Shown here one piece after another: positions 1 to 12,549 of a DNA stretch of 64,000 nucleotides (positions within the stretch are counted from its first letter, which is position 1; each line of letters opens with the position of its first letter). A program made the translations under genes and the position numbers. The notes beneath the pieces were generated by a model. That model made no database searches and was not told the origin of the DNA. It saw only the letters and a program-made list of their open reading frames with translations. The stretch is from Eledone cirrhosa (Eukaryota): positions 335,792,001-335,856,000 of the forward strand of contig OZ024741.1 in the NCBI GenBank assembly GCA_964016885.1. Reading direction: 5' to 3'.

Positions 1-93
1 GTTATTCTATATTATATATGTATATACTTCTCTGAAAGAATAATTTTAGCTATCTTTTCATTGAGCTGTTTGTGTGTATCAGTGACTCTTTTC

Positions 94-100
<7 letters not shown>

Positions 101-154
<54 letters not shown>
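101..154. repeat. (TG)n microsatellite
   Basis: Pure TG run. Confidence 0.95.
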
Positions 155-156
<2 letters not shown>

Positions 157-498
157 GATGCATGGCTTAGTGGTTAGAGCATTGGGCTTGCAATCGGGAG
201 GTTGTGAATTCGATTCTCAGACCAGCTGATGCGTTGTGTTCTAGAGCATGACACTTTATTTCACATTGCTTCAGTTTACTCAGCTGTATAAATGAGTTGT
301 GATGTCACTGGTGCCAAGTTGTATCAGCCTTTGCCATTCTCTTGGACAACATCGTTGGCATAGAGAGAGGAGACTGATATGCATGGGTGACTGTTGGTCT
401 TCCACAAACACACCTTGCCCAGGCTTGTGCCTTGGTGGGGAACTTTCTAGGTACAAATCCCTAGGTCATTTGTGACTGAAGGGGCTCTTTACCCTTAC
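155..498 (+). mobile_element. tRNA-derived CORE-type SINE
   Basis: Pol III A box (tggcttagtgg) and B box (gaattcgattc), then a MIR/CORE-like segment (gtgttctagagcatgacactttatttcacattgcttcagtttactcagctgtataaatgag); related copies elsewhere in the window. Confidence 0.8.
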
Positions 499-1123
499 TA
501 TTTATATATATATATATATACTATTCATTTATTTATTTATGGCAATGATGCCAAACATGGTCAAGTTGAAATTCTGAAAATATTGTTTTATGCTGAAATA
601 TGAAATGAGACGGTTTTTCTTTTCTTTTTTTTCTATTTCTATATTCTGTTTTGAAAATTGTCTCTTCATTCAAATCTTATTTTATAGAAAATATGTGATT
701 TTAAATATCCTATGTGTAAATATACTTTTGAATATAATAAAAAATTTTATATAATGAATCTGTACTCCTGCCAATTATTATTTTTAAAAAATAAAGTTTG
801 CTGGGTTTCTTTTTGATTTTTTTTTCCTAACATTGATCATATAAAATATATATAACATCTTCTAAGGAGATCAATATCTCATAACTGATTGAGAAATTTG
901 AAATCAAATATATCAAAATAAAAATAAGCTAATTTCCTGTTAATTATAAAAACAAAAGTTATTTTTCAATAGATAATTATTCCCCTTCATTTCTTTCTTA
1001 CTCCCTCCCTCCGTCTTTCTTTCTTTGTCATTTTCTCAACCTCTCCCTCTCTCTCACTCTCTGTTAGTTCCTCTCTTTCCCCCTCCTTATCCCTGTCAGC
1101 TTCTCTCTCTCTCTCTCTCCGTC

Positions 1124-1190
1124 TGTTGTTATTTCTTTGAGGAACTGGAATCATATGATATGATTCCAGTTCCTCAGAGAAATAACAACA
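1124..1190. repeat. 33-bp-arm palindrome at the edge of a hammerhead-bearing unit
   Basis: tgttgttatttctttgaggaactggaatcatat-g-atatgattccagttcctcagagaaataacaaca, one mismatch. Confidence 0.9.
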
Positions 1191-1276
1191 CAACCAGGAG
1201 CTGGACATATCGATGTATTGACGGAGTAAAACACACTTCAACAACATGTGTACCTGTCTTTCCCACACAATTCGGA

Positions 1277-1329
1277 CTGCCTGAAGAGGTCACAGCCAAA
1301 GATGGCTGTCACCAAAATATATATAGCAG
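1277..1329 (+). ncRNA. Minimal type-I hammerhead ribozyme motif, degenerate (GAAA->AAAA)
   Basis: ctgc CTGAAGA ggtcacagcc-aaagat-ggctgtcacc AAAA tatata TA gcag; stems I, II and III all present. Confidence 0.7.
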
Positions 1330-1499
1330 CATATCTATAATTTATAATAAACGAAGCCAAATTTTACATATTTGACTTAATTATTTTACATTACTCCGGA
1401 GTAAACAAACCAGCCTGTGTACTTCGTCGAGTGCTCCAATCTGCATACTGAGGTGTCGGTAAACAACCAACATATACTCAAAATTTATATATATATCTT

Positions 1500-1531
<32 letters not shown>

Positions 1532-1540
1532 AATTAAGCA

Positions 1541-4140
1541 TGTTTTGCAGCATGAGGACCAAAGGCATGATCTGTTCAGGATTGCAAAGCAGTGTGTCAG
1601 TTGAAATTGTGATGTTGGTGGGGAGAAATGTGTCCAGCATGATAATGGCAAACTTGCCCACACCTATGCTGAAAGAAAGCAGCTGGGAAGTGCCTTTATG
1701 AAAGATTACTGAATGAGGAGAATGTATGGGACGAAAATAGTTTGCTCCATGACAACCCAACAGAGGGACCAGCAGTAGTATAGTAAGTAAGGCAATCAAG
1801 AATATGAAGTCAGGCAGGGCAGCTGGACCTTCAAGTATAGGTGCTAAGGTGCTGAAAGCATCAGGAATGGTGGGCCACACCATAGTCTTCTGTATTATAA
1901 ACCAAGTTATAGAACATGGTGTCACACCCAATGACTGGTGTAGCAGCATCATTGTCAACTGCTACAAGGGCAAAGGTGACGCTCTAGACAGAGAAAACTA
2001 TAGACGCATTAAGATGGTTGATCATGTTATGAAGGTCACAGAAAGAGTCATTGCACATCTGATTATGAATCAAGTTAACCTAGATGAGATGCAGTTTGGA
2101 TTTGTGTCAGGTAAAAGTACCACAGATGTCCTCTTCCTTGTTGGGCAACTGCAGAAGTACTAAAGGTAAACGCCTCTATTTGGCTTTTGTGGACCTGGAG
2201 AATGCTTTTGACAGAGACTCCTATTCCATTATCTGGTGGGCTCTTAGAAAACTAGGAGTAGATGAGTCGCTTGTGAGGGCACCACAAGCCATATGTAGAG
2301 GAACAGTCAGCAAGGTCAGAATTAACAATGACTATAATAAAGAATTTAAGGAGCAGGTTGGTATCTGTTATGGCTGAGTTCTAGCCCTCTCCTGTTTATT
2401 ATCATCCTGCAGGCTATAATGGAGGAGTTTAAGACTGACTGTCCATGGGAACTCCTGCAGAATTAGTGAAAAAATTCTAAATCTTCAAGCATGGTCTCGA
2501 ATCAAAAGGTCTTAAAGTTATCTTGTCAAAAAGTAAAGTCCTAGTATGTGGAAAAGATAACAGAGCCCAGATTCCTTCATGGAAATGGTCATGCTCAGTG
2601 TGCAGAAACGGTGTAGGTAGAAATTCCTTCCTATGTCCCAAATGCAAACTATGGTTACATAAAAGATGTAGTGGGATCACAGACAGCTATCAAAGAACAT
2701 AGGTTTTACATGTGGCTGATTCACATGTAAAAGCTCATGGATACAAGCTCCTTCAAATGCTCAGAGGGTTCTGAAGAAGTAGAAGATAGTTTCTGTTACC
2801 TGAGTGACCAAATTGTCGGTGGAGGAGGGTGTTCTGAAAGCACCGTAGCCAGAGTAAGAATGGATTGGAGAAAGTTCAGGGAGTTACTACCATTCCTAAC
2901 TACAAAAGGTTTTCCCCTCAAAATGAAGGGCAGATTGTATGATCCATGTATATGAACAGCAATGTTGCATGTTATTGAAACCTGGGCACTGTGTGCAGAG
3001 GACCTGCAAAAATTGGAAAGAAATGAAGCTTCCATGCTGTAATACTAATGTACATATGTAATACTAATGTACATGAGCTGCAAAACACAAATGAACTGAA
3101 AGAGAAATTGTGTATAAGAGGGATCAGATGCAGTGTGAAGGAGAGCAGATTGCAATGGTATGGATATGTGATGTGTATGAAGGATGACAGCTGTATAAAA
3201 AGGTGCAGGGCATTCAAAGTCGATGGAAGCTATGAAGTAGACCTAGGAAGACTTGGAATGAAGTGATAAAAGCTTATCTTGCACAATTGCACCTCTCAAA
3301 GACGATGACATAGGATCGAAATCTCTGGCGTTATGCAGTAATACACAAGAACCACCTTACCTTATGCAGAGGCTGAGGCACACATCTAGTGTGCACCACT
3401 TTTCCTTCTATCACCCCGCCCATACACCTCCCACACCGTAACATCCCATCCACATCCTAACACCCCACACCTATATCTACCCCCTCAATCCACACTATAA
3501 AGGAGTCATCTAGTTTCCATGACTATGAGGGCCTAGTCCCCACTGTAAAGTGGTCATGTAGGTGTCAACAAAAAGTATCCAGTCAACACAATAAAATGGT
3601 CAAGTAGGTCATCATCATCACCGTTTTACGTCCGTTCTTCCACGCTAGCATGGGTTAGATGATAATTGAAACCCAGACCAGGATCTTCACCGTCTCTAAC
3701 ACCTACCACATCAAGATTTAAAAAATAAATGTCCAGTCAACACAATAATTGTTTCTACTTTTGGCACAAGGCCAGCAATTATCCCAGTACATTACTGGTA
3801 CTTTATTTTATCGACCCCGTAAGGATGAAAGGCAAAGTTAACCTCGGCAGGAATTGAACTCAGATCGTAAAGGGACGTAACTATGCTGGAAAGCATGTCC
3901 GACCCTCTACCGATACTGCCAATTCACCCAACACAATAATGTGGTCATGTAGGTGTCAAGATAAAAAAACATCCAGTACTCACTGTAAATGTAGTTGCTG
4001 TTAGGAAGGCCATCCAACCATAGAAAGCAAGCCAAAATCAGTTTTTTGTGAGCAAAACGTGGTCATCCGACCTGGCTTGTCTCACAACAGGACAGCGTGT
4101 CTAATCTATGTTAGTGTGGAAAATGGATATAAAATGATAA
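1541..4140 (+). mobile_element. Decayed, 5'-truncated RTE-clade LINE
   Basis: Frameshifted ORF pieces 1804-3266 homologous to the RTE RT at 58065-59981, followed by a 3' UTR; interrupted by a reverse RTE tail (3610-3660) and a SINE. Confidence 0.9.
3745..3929 (-). mobile_element. tRNA-derived SINE with Meta-like central domain
   Basis: Minus strand reads GGTGAATTGGCAGTATCGGTAGAG...GAGTTCAATTCC...GCCTTTCATCCTTACGGGGTCGATAAAATAAAGTACCAG; TSD-like caacacaataat on both sides. Confidence 0.85.
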
Positions 4141-4315
4141 TTATTATTATATATAATTAATACTTATCATAACACACAGCTTTGTGTTGGAACTACTAGC
4201 ATGTTATCATTGCTGTTACAATCTACCTTCATTCCTTTCTATCCTCCCATCTTACTCTTTCTCCCTGTTCTGATATCTCCCTAAACTTCTACCGTTCTCC
4301 CTCTCTCAGTCTTTC

Positions 4316-4392
4316 TGTACTATATATGCACCTTTGATGAGTTGTAGTGCAACTGAGCACTGTACACAATAATTTTTATTATTATATTATAT
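4316..4392 (+). mobile_element. 3'-terminal fragment of the CR1-type LINE
   Basis: Matches 28172-28240 (cacctttgatgagttgtagtgca..tgagcactgtacacaataat) plus (ATT)n tail. Confidence 0.85.
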
Positions 4393-4784
4393 ATATTATG
4401 CCTCCTTCACATGTACTCATTTTCAGAGAAAAGTCTTCAGTGTTAGTATCCTGCACTTTTTCTACCTGTTGCTCTGTTGTTTTGGCCATAAGACTCTTTT
4501 TGCAGTTTTATTTTTAATGTTAAGTTTTGTTGTCATGTTTAGTTTATTTCGTTGTCAGTTGAAAGATATTTTGCTTGTTCACTGACATCCTGTTCTGTTC
4601 CTCTGTTTAATGTCTGTCCATCTACTGTGTTGTGTTGTGTTATCTTACATCTGTTCCAGATGATTGGGAATCTTTTCCACTGTCTTCTGACATATTTGGA
4701 TGTGACTGTTGTTGATACTATCATTAATTTAGTTGAAATCACAATGTGACTATTCCTGTTATGTATGTGTGGATATGTATGTGT

Positions 4785-6489
4785 CATCATCATCATCATC
4801 ATCATCACCGTTTTACGTCCGTTCTTCCACGCTAGCATGGGTTAGACGGGTTGTCCTGTTGTGGGCAGTGTCTGGTCGGCTGACCATGCCTTGCTCATAC
4901 AGGAACTGATTTGGCTTGATTTCTACAGCTGGATGCCCTTCCTAACACCAACCTCATTTACAGTGAGTGCTGGGTGCTTTTTCGTGGCGCCTACACGTCC
5001 ACTTTACAGTGTGGGCTGGGTGCTTTTTTGCCGTGGCACCTCCACGACCACCTTGCGGTGGGGGGGGGGGGGGGGGCATATTGTTTATATGCTTCAGCAT
5101 GTACCCATGGGAGGTCGGGTACCCTGTATTACTGCGTGACGCCAGAAGTCACGGTCGTGTGTCATTGACTTTGTGAGGTGTAGTTGGGTAAGGTCGGCTT
5201 TTATCACCTCATCCCAAGTCATCTTGGGTCTCCCCACTCCGCGGTTTCCATCAACTTCTAGTGCTCTGCACCTTTTTATGCAGCTGTCATCCTTCATACG
5301 CATCACATGTCCATACCAGCGTAACCGCCTCTCCTGCACGCAGCATTTGATTCCTCTTATGCTCAGTCTCTCTCTCAATTCATTTATGCTTTGTCGTTCA
5401 CGTATATTACTGTTACACATCCATCGGAGCATGCAGGCTTCGTTTCTCTCTAATCTACGTAAGTCTTCCACCTTCAGCGCCCAGGTCTCACTACCATGCA
5501 ACATCGCTGTTCGGATACACGCATCATACAGTCTGCCTTTCATTCTGAGGGAGAAGCCTTTTGCAGCTAGCAGTGGTAGTAGTTCCCTAAACTTCTTCCA
5601 TCCCGTTCTTACCCTAGTTATTGTACTTTCTGAGCACCCACCTCCGTTGCTAATTCGGTCACCTAGGTAGCAGAAGCTGTCTACTGTTTCTACAGGGCCC
5701 TCCCAGAGATTGGTGGTACTTGTTTCCTGTGGCTGTTTGCTTGCTGTTTCAGCACAGCTGCTGCATGTGAATCCTACATTCTTAATTAAGCTTCCTGAGA
5801 TCCCGCTACATCTCTTGTGTACCCATTGTTTGCATTTGGGGCAAAGAATGGAGTTCCTACCTACACCTTTCCTACATACTGAGCAAGGCCATTTCCCTGA
5901 GGGGATCTGGGTTCTGTTTTCTCGTCTACTTATAAAGACCTTAGTCTTTGTCATGTTGACTTTGAGGCCCTTTCTCTCTAGTCCCTGCTTCCAGGTTTGG
6001 AATTTATTCTCTAGTTCTACCATAGATTCAGCTATGAGTGCGAGGTCATCAGCATACAGGAGTTCCCATGGGCATCCGGTCTTAAACTCCTCCGTTATTG
6101 CCTGCAGGACTATGATGAACAGGAGAGGGCTAAGAACAGAGCCCTGGTGGACCCCAACCTGTACGCTAAATTCCTCGCTATACTCATTGCCAATCCTAAC
6201 TTTGCTGACTGCTCCCCTATACATGGCTTGTACCGCTTTCACAAGCCATTCATCTACTCCTAGTTTTCTAAGAGCCCACCAGATTACTGCACGTGGAACT
6301 CTGTCAAAGGCTTTCTCAAGGTCGACAAATGCCAAGTAGAGTGGCTTACTTTTAGCTAGGTACTTTTCCTGTAATTGCCTCACAAGGAAGAGCGCATCAG
6401 TGGTGCCTTTCCCTGGTACAAACCCAAATTGCATCTCGTCTATATTCACCCGGTCCCTAATCAGCTGTGCTATAACTCTTTCTGTTACT
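4785..6489 (-). mobile_element. RTE-clade LINE subfamily A, 5'-truncated, (GAT)n tail
   Basis: Intact RT ORF, 3' UTR with ~39-bp repeats, ends in GGACGTAAAACGGT(GAT)n. Confidence 0.95.
5094..6449 (-). CDS. RTE reverse transcriptase (partial ORF) with internal PHD-type finger
   Basis: QFGF, FVDLEKAFDRV, GVHQGSVLSP, YADD, FCYLG and RLRWYGHVMR motifs; CSVC..CPKC..WVHKRC..FTCSSC between YADD and FCYLG. Confidence 0.92.
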   Translation of the reverse strand: MNIDEMQFGFVPGKGTTDALFLVRQLQEKYLAKSKPLYLAFVDLEKAFDRVPRAVIWWALRKLGVDEWLVKAVQAMYRGAVSKVRIGNEYSEEFSVQVGVHQGSVLSPLLFIIVLQAITEEFKTGCPWELLYADDLALIAESMVELENKFQTWKQGLERKGLKVNMTKTKVFISRRENRTQIPSGKWPCSVCRKGVGRNSILCPKCKQWVHKRCSGISGSLIKNVGFTCSSCAETASKQPQETSTTNLWEGPVETVDSFCYLGDRISNGGGCSESTITRVRTGWKKFRELLPLLAAKGFSLRMKGRLYDACIRTAMLHGSETWALKVEDLRRLERNEACMLRWMCNSNIRERQSINELRERLSIRGIKCCVQERRLRWYGHVMRMKDDSCIKRCRALEVDGNRGVGRPKMTWDEVIKADLTQLHLTKSMTHDRDFWRHAVIQGTRPPMGTC

Positions 6490-6558
6490 TTCTGTTACTT
6501 TCGTGTGTGTGTGTATATATATATACATATGTATATATACACACACACATACATATAT

Positions 6559-6731
6559 GACTATAAATAAACAAGTGCTGCTAGTGCTGTGAAATCTTGC
6601 ATGCATTAGTTTCAACTCTCCTTAATAATAGCTTCATTATTTCTTTCAAGGAACTTTGCTGAAAAATAAACCTCATTTGGTCATTCCATGAGTAGCTTGA
6701 GCAGCCAATGAACTTTTTAGCCGACCCTCAT
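6559..6731 (-). mobile_element. Mariner-type MITE fragment
   Basis: Reverse match to 19617-19815. Confidence 0.6.
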
Positions 6732-6734
6732 ATA

Positions 6735-9435
6735 TCATCATCATCATCATCGTTTAACATCCATCTTCCACGGGAGTTGTCCCACTTGAGGCAAGGTTGG
6801 TCGGGTGACCATGTCTCGCTCATACAGGACTATCTGGCAGGTTTTCTACGGCTCGATGGCCTTCCTAACACCAACCACATTTACAGTGTGGAACTGGGAA
6901 CTTTTTACCGTGTTACCTACACGGCCACATTACAGTGTGGACTGTGTGTTTTTTTGTCGTGACACCTACACGATCTCATTTATTTTGGACTGGATGTTGT
7001 GGTACCAACATAACTTTACAGAGAAAGGGTGGTGTTGGTGGCAGTGGGGTAGGGTGGAGTAGGGGTAGTGGGATGGGGTATATATTTGGTTAAGAAATGC
7101 CTATTGACTGTAGGTTTTGCTTTGTACATAGGCAAGATGGTTCTTCTGTATTACTGCATAGCGCCAAAGATCTCGGTCCAGTGACATTGTCTTAGAGAAG
7201 TGCAAGTGTGTAAGGTCAGAATTTATCAGATCGTCAAGGTTTTTTCTGGGTCTACCTACTCCGTAACTACCATCAATTTTGATAGTCCTGCACTTTTTTA
7301 TGCAGCTGTCGTCTTTCATGCGCATCACGTGACCATACCAAAATAATCTTCTCTCAAGTAAACAGCATCTGATCCCTCTTATTCCTAATTTCTCAATTAG
7401 TTCATTTATGCTTTGTTGTTCACGTATATTACTATTACACATCCAACGGAGCATGCATGCTCCGTTCCTTTCCTGTCTGCGCAAGTCCTCTTCATATAAT
7501 GCCCATGTCTCACTGCCATGTAACATTGCTGTTTGTATACAGGCATCATACAATCTGCCTTTCATTTTTAGAGAGAAACCTTTTGTGGCCAACAGTGGTA
7601 TAAGCTCTCTGAACTTTTTCCATCCCGTTCTGACTCTGGCTACTGTACTTTCAGAACACCTTCCACCACTGCTGATTTCGTCACCCAGCTAACGGAAAAT
7701 GTCTACTATTTCTATAGAACCATCTGGGCAATAGAAGGAGCTAGTATCCTGTGGACACTTGCTACTTATTGCACCTGAGCATTGGCCACATATAAAGTCT
7801 ACGTTCTTAGATAGTTTACCTGTGATCTCACTACATCTTTTATATACCCATGCTTTGCATTTGGGACATAAAATGGAATTTCTGCCTACTCCTTTCCTAC
7901 ACACTGAGCATGGCCATTTCCCTGATGGCACCTGTGCCCTATTTTCCTTTCTACAAACTAGAACTTTAGTCTTAGACAAGTTAACTTTAAGGCCTTTTGA
8001 TTCTAGGCCATGCTTCCATGTTTGGAATTTCTTCTCTAGTTCAGCCATTGATTCAGCTATGAGCGTTAGATCATCTGCGTATAGGAGTTCCCATGGGCAG
8101 CCGATCTTGAACTCCTCTGTTATAGCCTGAAGGGCAATAATCAATAGGAGGGGGCTAAGGATAGAGCCTTGATGAACGCCTACGTTTACACTAAATTCTT
8201 CACAATATTCATTGTTAATTCTAACCTTATTGACTGGTTCATTATACATAGCTTGTATAGCTCTCACAAGCCATTCATCTACACCTAGTTTTCTAAGAGC
8301 CCACCAGATAGTGGAGCGGGGAACTCTGTCAAAGGCTTTCTCCAGGTCTACAAAAGCTAAGTAGAGGGGTTTACTTTTAGCTAGGTACTTCTCTTGCAGT
8401 TGTCGTACAAGGAAAAGAACGTCTGTGGTACTTTTACCTGACACAAACCCAGATCAATTCACTCTCTGATTAGTTGCGCTATAACTCTTTCTGTGACCTT
8501 CATGACCTGGTCAACTAACTTAATGCCTCTATAGTTTCCCCTATCTAGAGCAACCCCTTTACCCTTGTAGCAGTTAATGATGATGATGCTACGCCAGTCT
8601 TTCGGTATGACCTCATTCTGTATTACTTGGTTAACTATACGGGTGACCATAGTGTGTCCCACCATACCAGATGCCTTCAACATCTCAGCAACTATCTCCG
8701 AAGGCCCAGCTGCCTTGCCTGTCTTCATATCTTTGATTGCCTTACTTATTATACTACCTTTAACTTGCACCGCTGTTCCTTCTATTGGATCGATTTGGGG
8801 CAGACTATCTTTTTCCCATTTATTTTCTTCATTTAATAGTCTCTCGTAGTGACACTTCCAGGCTATCTTCTTATCAGTATCAGTGAGCGCAAGTACACCG
8901 TTATCATTACAGACACACTTCTCCCCGACAATATCACGGCTTTCCTTCACACATTGTCTAGCAATCCTGAACACCTCACGTTTTTGGTCCTCACGTTGTA
9001 GAACATGCTTGAACTTTCTATCCTCTGCTACCCTTTTTGCAAGATACACTTGTCTCCTAGCTTCTCTCCTGGCCACTTGATAGTCTTCTCTACTTCCCCC
9101 ATCCTGCAATACTTTCCAAGCCTGCTTTTTGGCCTTGATTGTCTCTTCCACCTTACTGTTCCACCACCAAGTTACTCTCCTCTTGCCAATAGGTCTGCTC
9201 CAGCCACAGATTTCATCCGTTGCTTTCAGCAGGTTCACTTTCAAGAATTGCCACTGTTCCTCTATATCGCACGTCTCTAATTGCTCTTCCATATTGTCAA
9301 AGGCATCAAGTAATAAGCTTTTAAATTTGTCACTGGCTATGGGGTCCTTCAACTTCTATATTCTTCTCCTGAAGGTAGGCCTCCTCTGTCGTCGAGTATG
9401 TCTATTCCTGACTAGGAGGTCACTAACTACTAGGC

Positions 9436-9437
<2 letters not shown>
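6735..9437 (-). mobile_element. RTE-clade LINE subfamily B, 5'-truncated, disrupted
   Basis: ORF pieces 8459-9352, 7689-8444 and 7101-7592 are collinear RTE ORF segments; (GAT)n tail at 6735. Confidence 0.95.
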
Positions 9438-9473
<36 letters not shown>

Positions 9474-9870
9474 TGTGTGTCTGTATACACATGTATATTT
9501 AATTTATTTTATATGAAGGCAGAACTTCTTGTGATAGGTTTTCTATTTATATACAGCGTTTATATATTTGAAATTTATAAACTTGTAAATAAGTTACCTC
9601 GACTATCTATTTTGATCATATTATAAAACTATTTTTGTGACTTTCTGCTTTATTGTATTAATATTTTTTGTTCTTAAATGCATTATATCTACAGTCTTTA
9701 ACCTACTTATATATTTCTTCCCAGCCTTAAGCCATCCTCTCTACTATCTGATATTGATTATCACATCTTTAAACTAATGATATTGTTTTCTCAACTTAAC
9801 AGACTCCTTTCCTTTTCTTACTATCTTCTTAACTTTCAATTTTAAATAATTTTCTTATCTATAATCTGTT

Positions 9871-10010
9871 AGGCTGTGAATTGGCTGTCATTAGGATGTC
9901 AGATAAAATGTTTTGTGATATTCGTTCCAGCTCTCTGCAGGATTTTGAGTTCAAATAACGCTGATATCAATTTTGCCTTTCATCTTTTGATAAAATACCA
10001 GTCAAATACT
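9871..10010 (+). mobile_element. Old Meta-like SINE
   Basis: ggctgtgaattggc...gagttcaaata...ttttgcctttcatc. Confidence 0.6.
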
Positions 10011-10085
10011 AAGTGCAATTCTTCCTATATATGTTTTTTTTCTTTCTTTCTATCTCCATGGCAGGGGGGGGGGGTCGGGTGGTTA

Positions 10086-10352
10086 TAAATCATTACAGGA
10101 TGTTAAGAGACAATACTGAAAATCTTCACAACAATATGTCCACTAGTAAAGATTCTATAATCATTTGTATTAAACCAGATTTTAGATATTTTCTGCTAAA
10201 ATATTACAGGATGTTCAGAGATATTACTACAAATTTTCACAATGATCTTTCCACTAGTAAATATATTATAAACATTTGAATTAACAAACCCATTTTGGGA
10301 TATTTTCTGCTAAATCATGACAGGTTGTGAAGAGTTAATACTACAAATTTCC
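10086..10352 (+). repeat. ~110-120-bp tandem repeat (same family as 21600-22212)
   Basis: Repeated tattttctgctaaatcattacaggatg...ccactagtaaa units. Confidence 0.75.
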
Positions 10353-10653
10353 ACTATTCTTCCTCAGTCAATATGAAATGTTTGATTTTTTAGCTGCTCA
10401 ATACTACAATGAGATTAACTATATTTTTAAAATCATAAATAATTTTAATTCATTATCTTCAAAATTTATAGCATTTTTGTTATTTCATATATATATATAT
10501 ATGTGTATGTACGTGTATATATATGTGTCATCATCATCATCATCAACGTTTAACGTCCGTGTTCCACGCTTGATATATGTGTGTGTGTGTACGTGCATAT
10601 ATATGTGTATATATATGTATATATATATGTATATATATATATGTATATATATA

Positions 10654-11327
10654 TCATCATCATCATCATCATCATCGTTTAACGTCCGTGTTCCACGCTT
10701 GCATGGGTTTGGACGGGGGTTTTCCCACTTGAGGCAAGAGTGATTGTCTTGCTCGCATAGGACTGTCTGGCGGGTTTTCTACAGCTGGATGCCCTTCCTA
10801 ACACCAACCACATTTACAGTGTGGGGCTGGGAGGTTTTTACCGTGTTGCCTACACGGCCATATTACAGCGTGGACTATCTGGCGGGTTTTCTACAGCTGG
10901 ATGCCCTTCCTAACACCAACCACATTTACAGTGTGGGGCTGGGAGGTTTTTACCATGTTGCCTACACGGTCACATTACAGCGTGGACTGTGTGTTTTTTG
11001 TCGTGACACCTACACGATCTCATTTGTTTCGGCCTGGATGTTGTGGCACCAACATAACTTTACATTGAAAGGGGCGGTGTAGATGGGGTGGGGTGGTGGG
11101 ACGGGGGTGTATTTTGTTAGAGATGCCTCCTGACTGTAGTAGGTTTTACTTTGTATTTAGGTAAGGCGGGTCTTCTCTATTACTGAGTACCGCCAAAGGT
11201 CTCGGTCCAGTGACATTGTCTTGGAGAGGTGTAAGTGTGTGAGGTCGGAATTTATCAGCTCGTCCCAGGTTTTTCTGGGTCTGCCTACTCCGTAGCTACC
11301 GACTATCTTTATTGCCCTGCACTTTGT
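10654..11327 (-). mobile_element. RTE subfamily B 3' fragment
   Basis: KCRAIKIVGSYGVGRPRKTWDELINSDL..; 3' UTR with an ~83-bp internal duplication; (GAT)n tail; a 45-bp tail-only copy at 10527-10571. Confidence 0.9.
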
Positions 11328-11429
11328 TATATATATATGTATATATATATATGTGTATATATATATGTATGTATATATATATGTATGTATATATATGTGT
11401 ATATATATGTGTATATACATGTATATATA

Positions 11430-11875
11430 TCTAAGGCGGATAAAATTCCCGAGATCCATGGACGAGCTCTCTCCAGCGGTCTCTGTCCCTCATTATCGCT
11501 GCCATATCCTGTATCTCCAACAGACGAGTGTCTGTCCTTAGGGCATCAACATATGTTAACCTTGGTCTTCCTCTTCTAGTGTGTCCATGTAGGGGCTCCC
11601 AAAGGAGCACTGAGTGCAATGTCAACTCTGGATGTCTCCTCTGGATGTCTCCTCTGTGTCACTTTTGAGCTGACTTTTGGGATGCTCCCATACAGCTCTG
11701 AGTTTTTCATCCTCAGTGTATACTGATTAATGTTCAGAGCCATCCTCAGCATTCTCGTGTAGCACCCATCCACCATCTGAGTGAGTTTCTTGGTCAGTGT
11801 CCAAGTCTCAGACCCATACAGCAGCACAGACTCCACTACAGCAATGAAGAGGCGGATTTTCAGGTCTCTACGAAT
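11430..11875 (-). mobile_element. 3' fragment of a distinct RTE-like LINE lineage embedded in (TA)n
   Basis: [35 protein letters not shown] and RRGRPRLTYVD..DRDRWR, frameshifted. Confidence 0.85.
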
Positions 11876-11886
11876 ATGTATATACA

Positions 11887-11919
<33 letters not shown>

Positions 11920-12048
11920 ATATATATATGTATATATGTATATGTATATATGTATATATATATATGTATATATGTATATATGTATATATGTATATATATA
12001 TATGTATATATGTATATGTATATATGTATATATATATATGTATATATG

Positions 12049-12082
<34 letters not shown>

Positions 12083-12302
12083 ATTAAGTTAAAAATGTAC
12101 ATCCACATATGTATACTGAAATACTAGTATGCATATGAATACACACACGTATACATATGTAGATGTACCGATTTTTTCACTGGTCACTTTACTGTGAGTG
12201 TCCAGCTATTCTGTATGTAAACATACAGACAAACCGGTTTTTAGAGTCATACTGGTTTTTGAGGAAACACCTTTCCTCTATTCTCCAGAAAGCCAGACAA
12301 GG

Positions 12303-12347
12303 AATATTGAACTAGTTTCGATGTTGTTACATCTCATCAGCAATATT
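12303..12347 (-). ncRNA. Intact minimal type-I hammerhead ribozyme
   Basis: Minus strand: aatattg CTGATGA gatgt-aaca-acatc GAAA ctag TT caatatt; perfect 7-bp stem I and 5-bp stem II, palindromic stem III (ACTAGT), GUU cleavage triplet. Confidence 0.88.
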
Positions 12348-12549
12348 TACCTATCTTCCGGCCTTTCTAGAGAATCGTAAAAGCACATATCGTTATATGC
12401 TTTTTCTATGAAAATTAGTAGTGGGCAGACTAATTTGCATAGAGCGTGAGTAAGTACGTACCGGTTCAACGGAGACGATAAAAACAAATAACGAAACGAA
12501 ATTAAATTTCGTTTCGTTTGTAACTCACTTTTGTATGACTTACAAACGA

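Noticed and set aside
155-230. tRNA gene
   Set aside because: A/B boxes only, no full cloverleaf; continues into a SINE body
4405-4450. CTGAAGA..GAAA on the minus strand (and CTGATGA at ~46045, 48253, 54874)
   Set aside because: No stem I/II pairing or no GAAA, so not counted as hammerheads
5173-6339. Antisense ORFs over RTE and CR1 copies
   Set aside because: Shadow frames of the RT coding strand with no independent protein motifs
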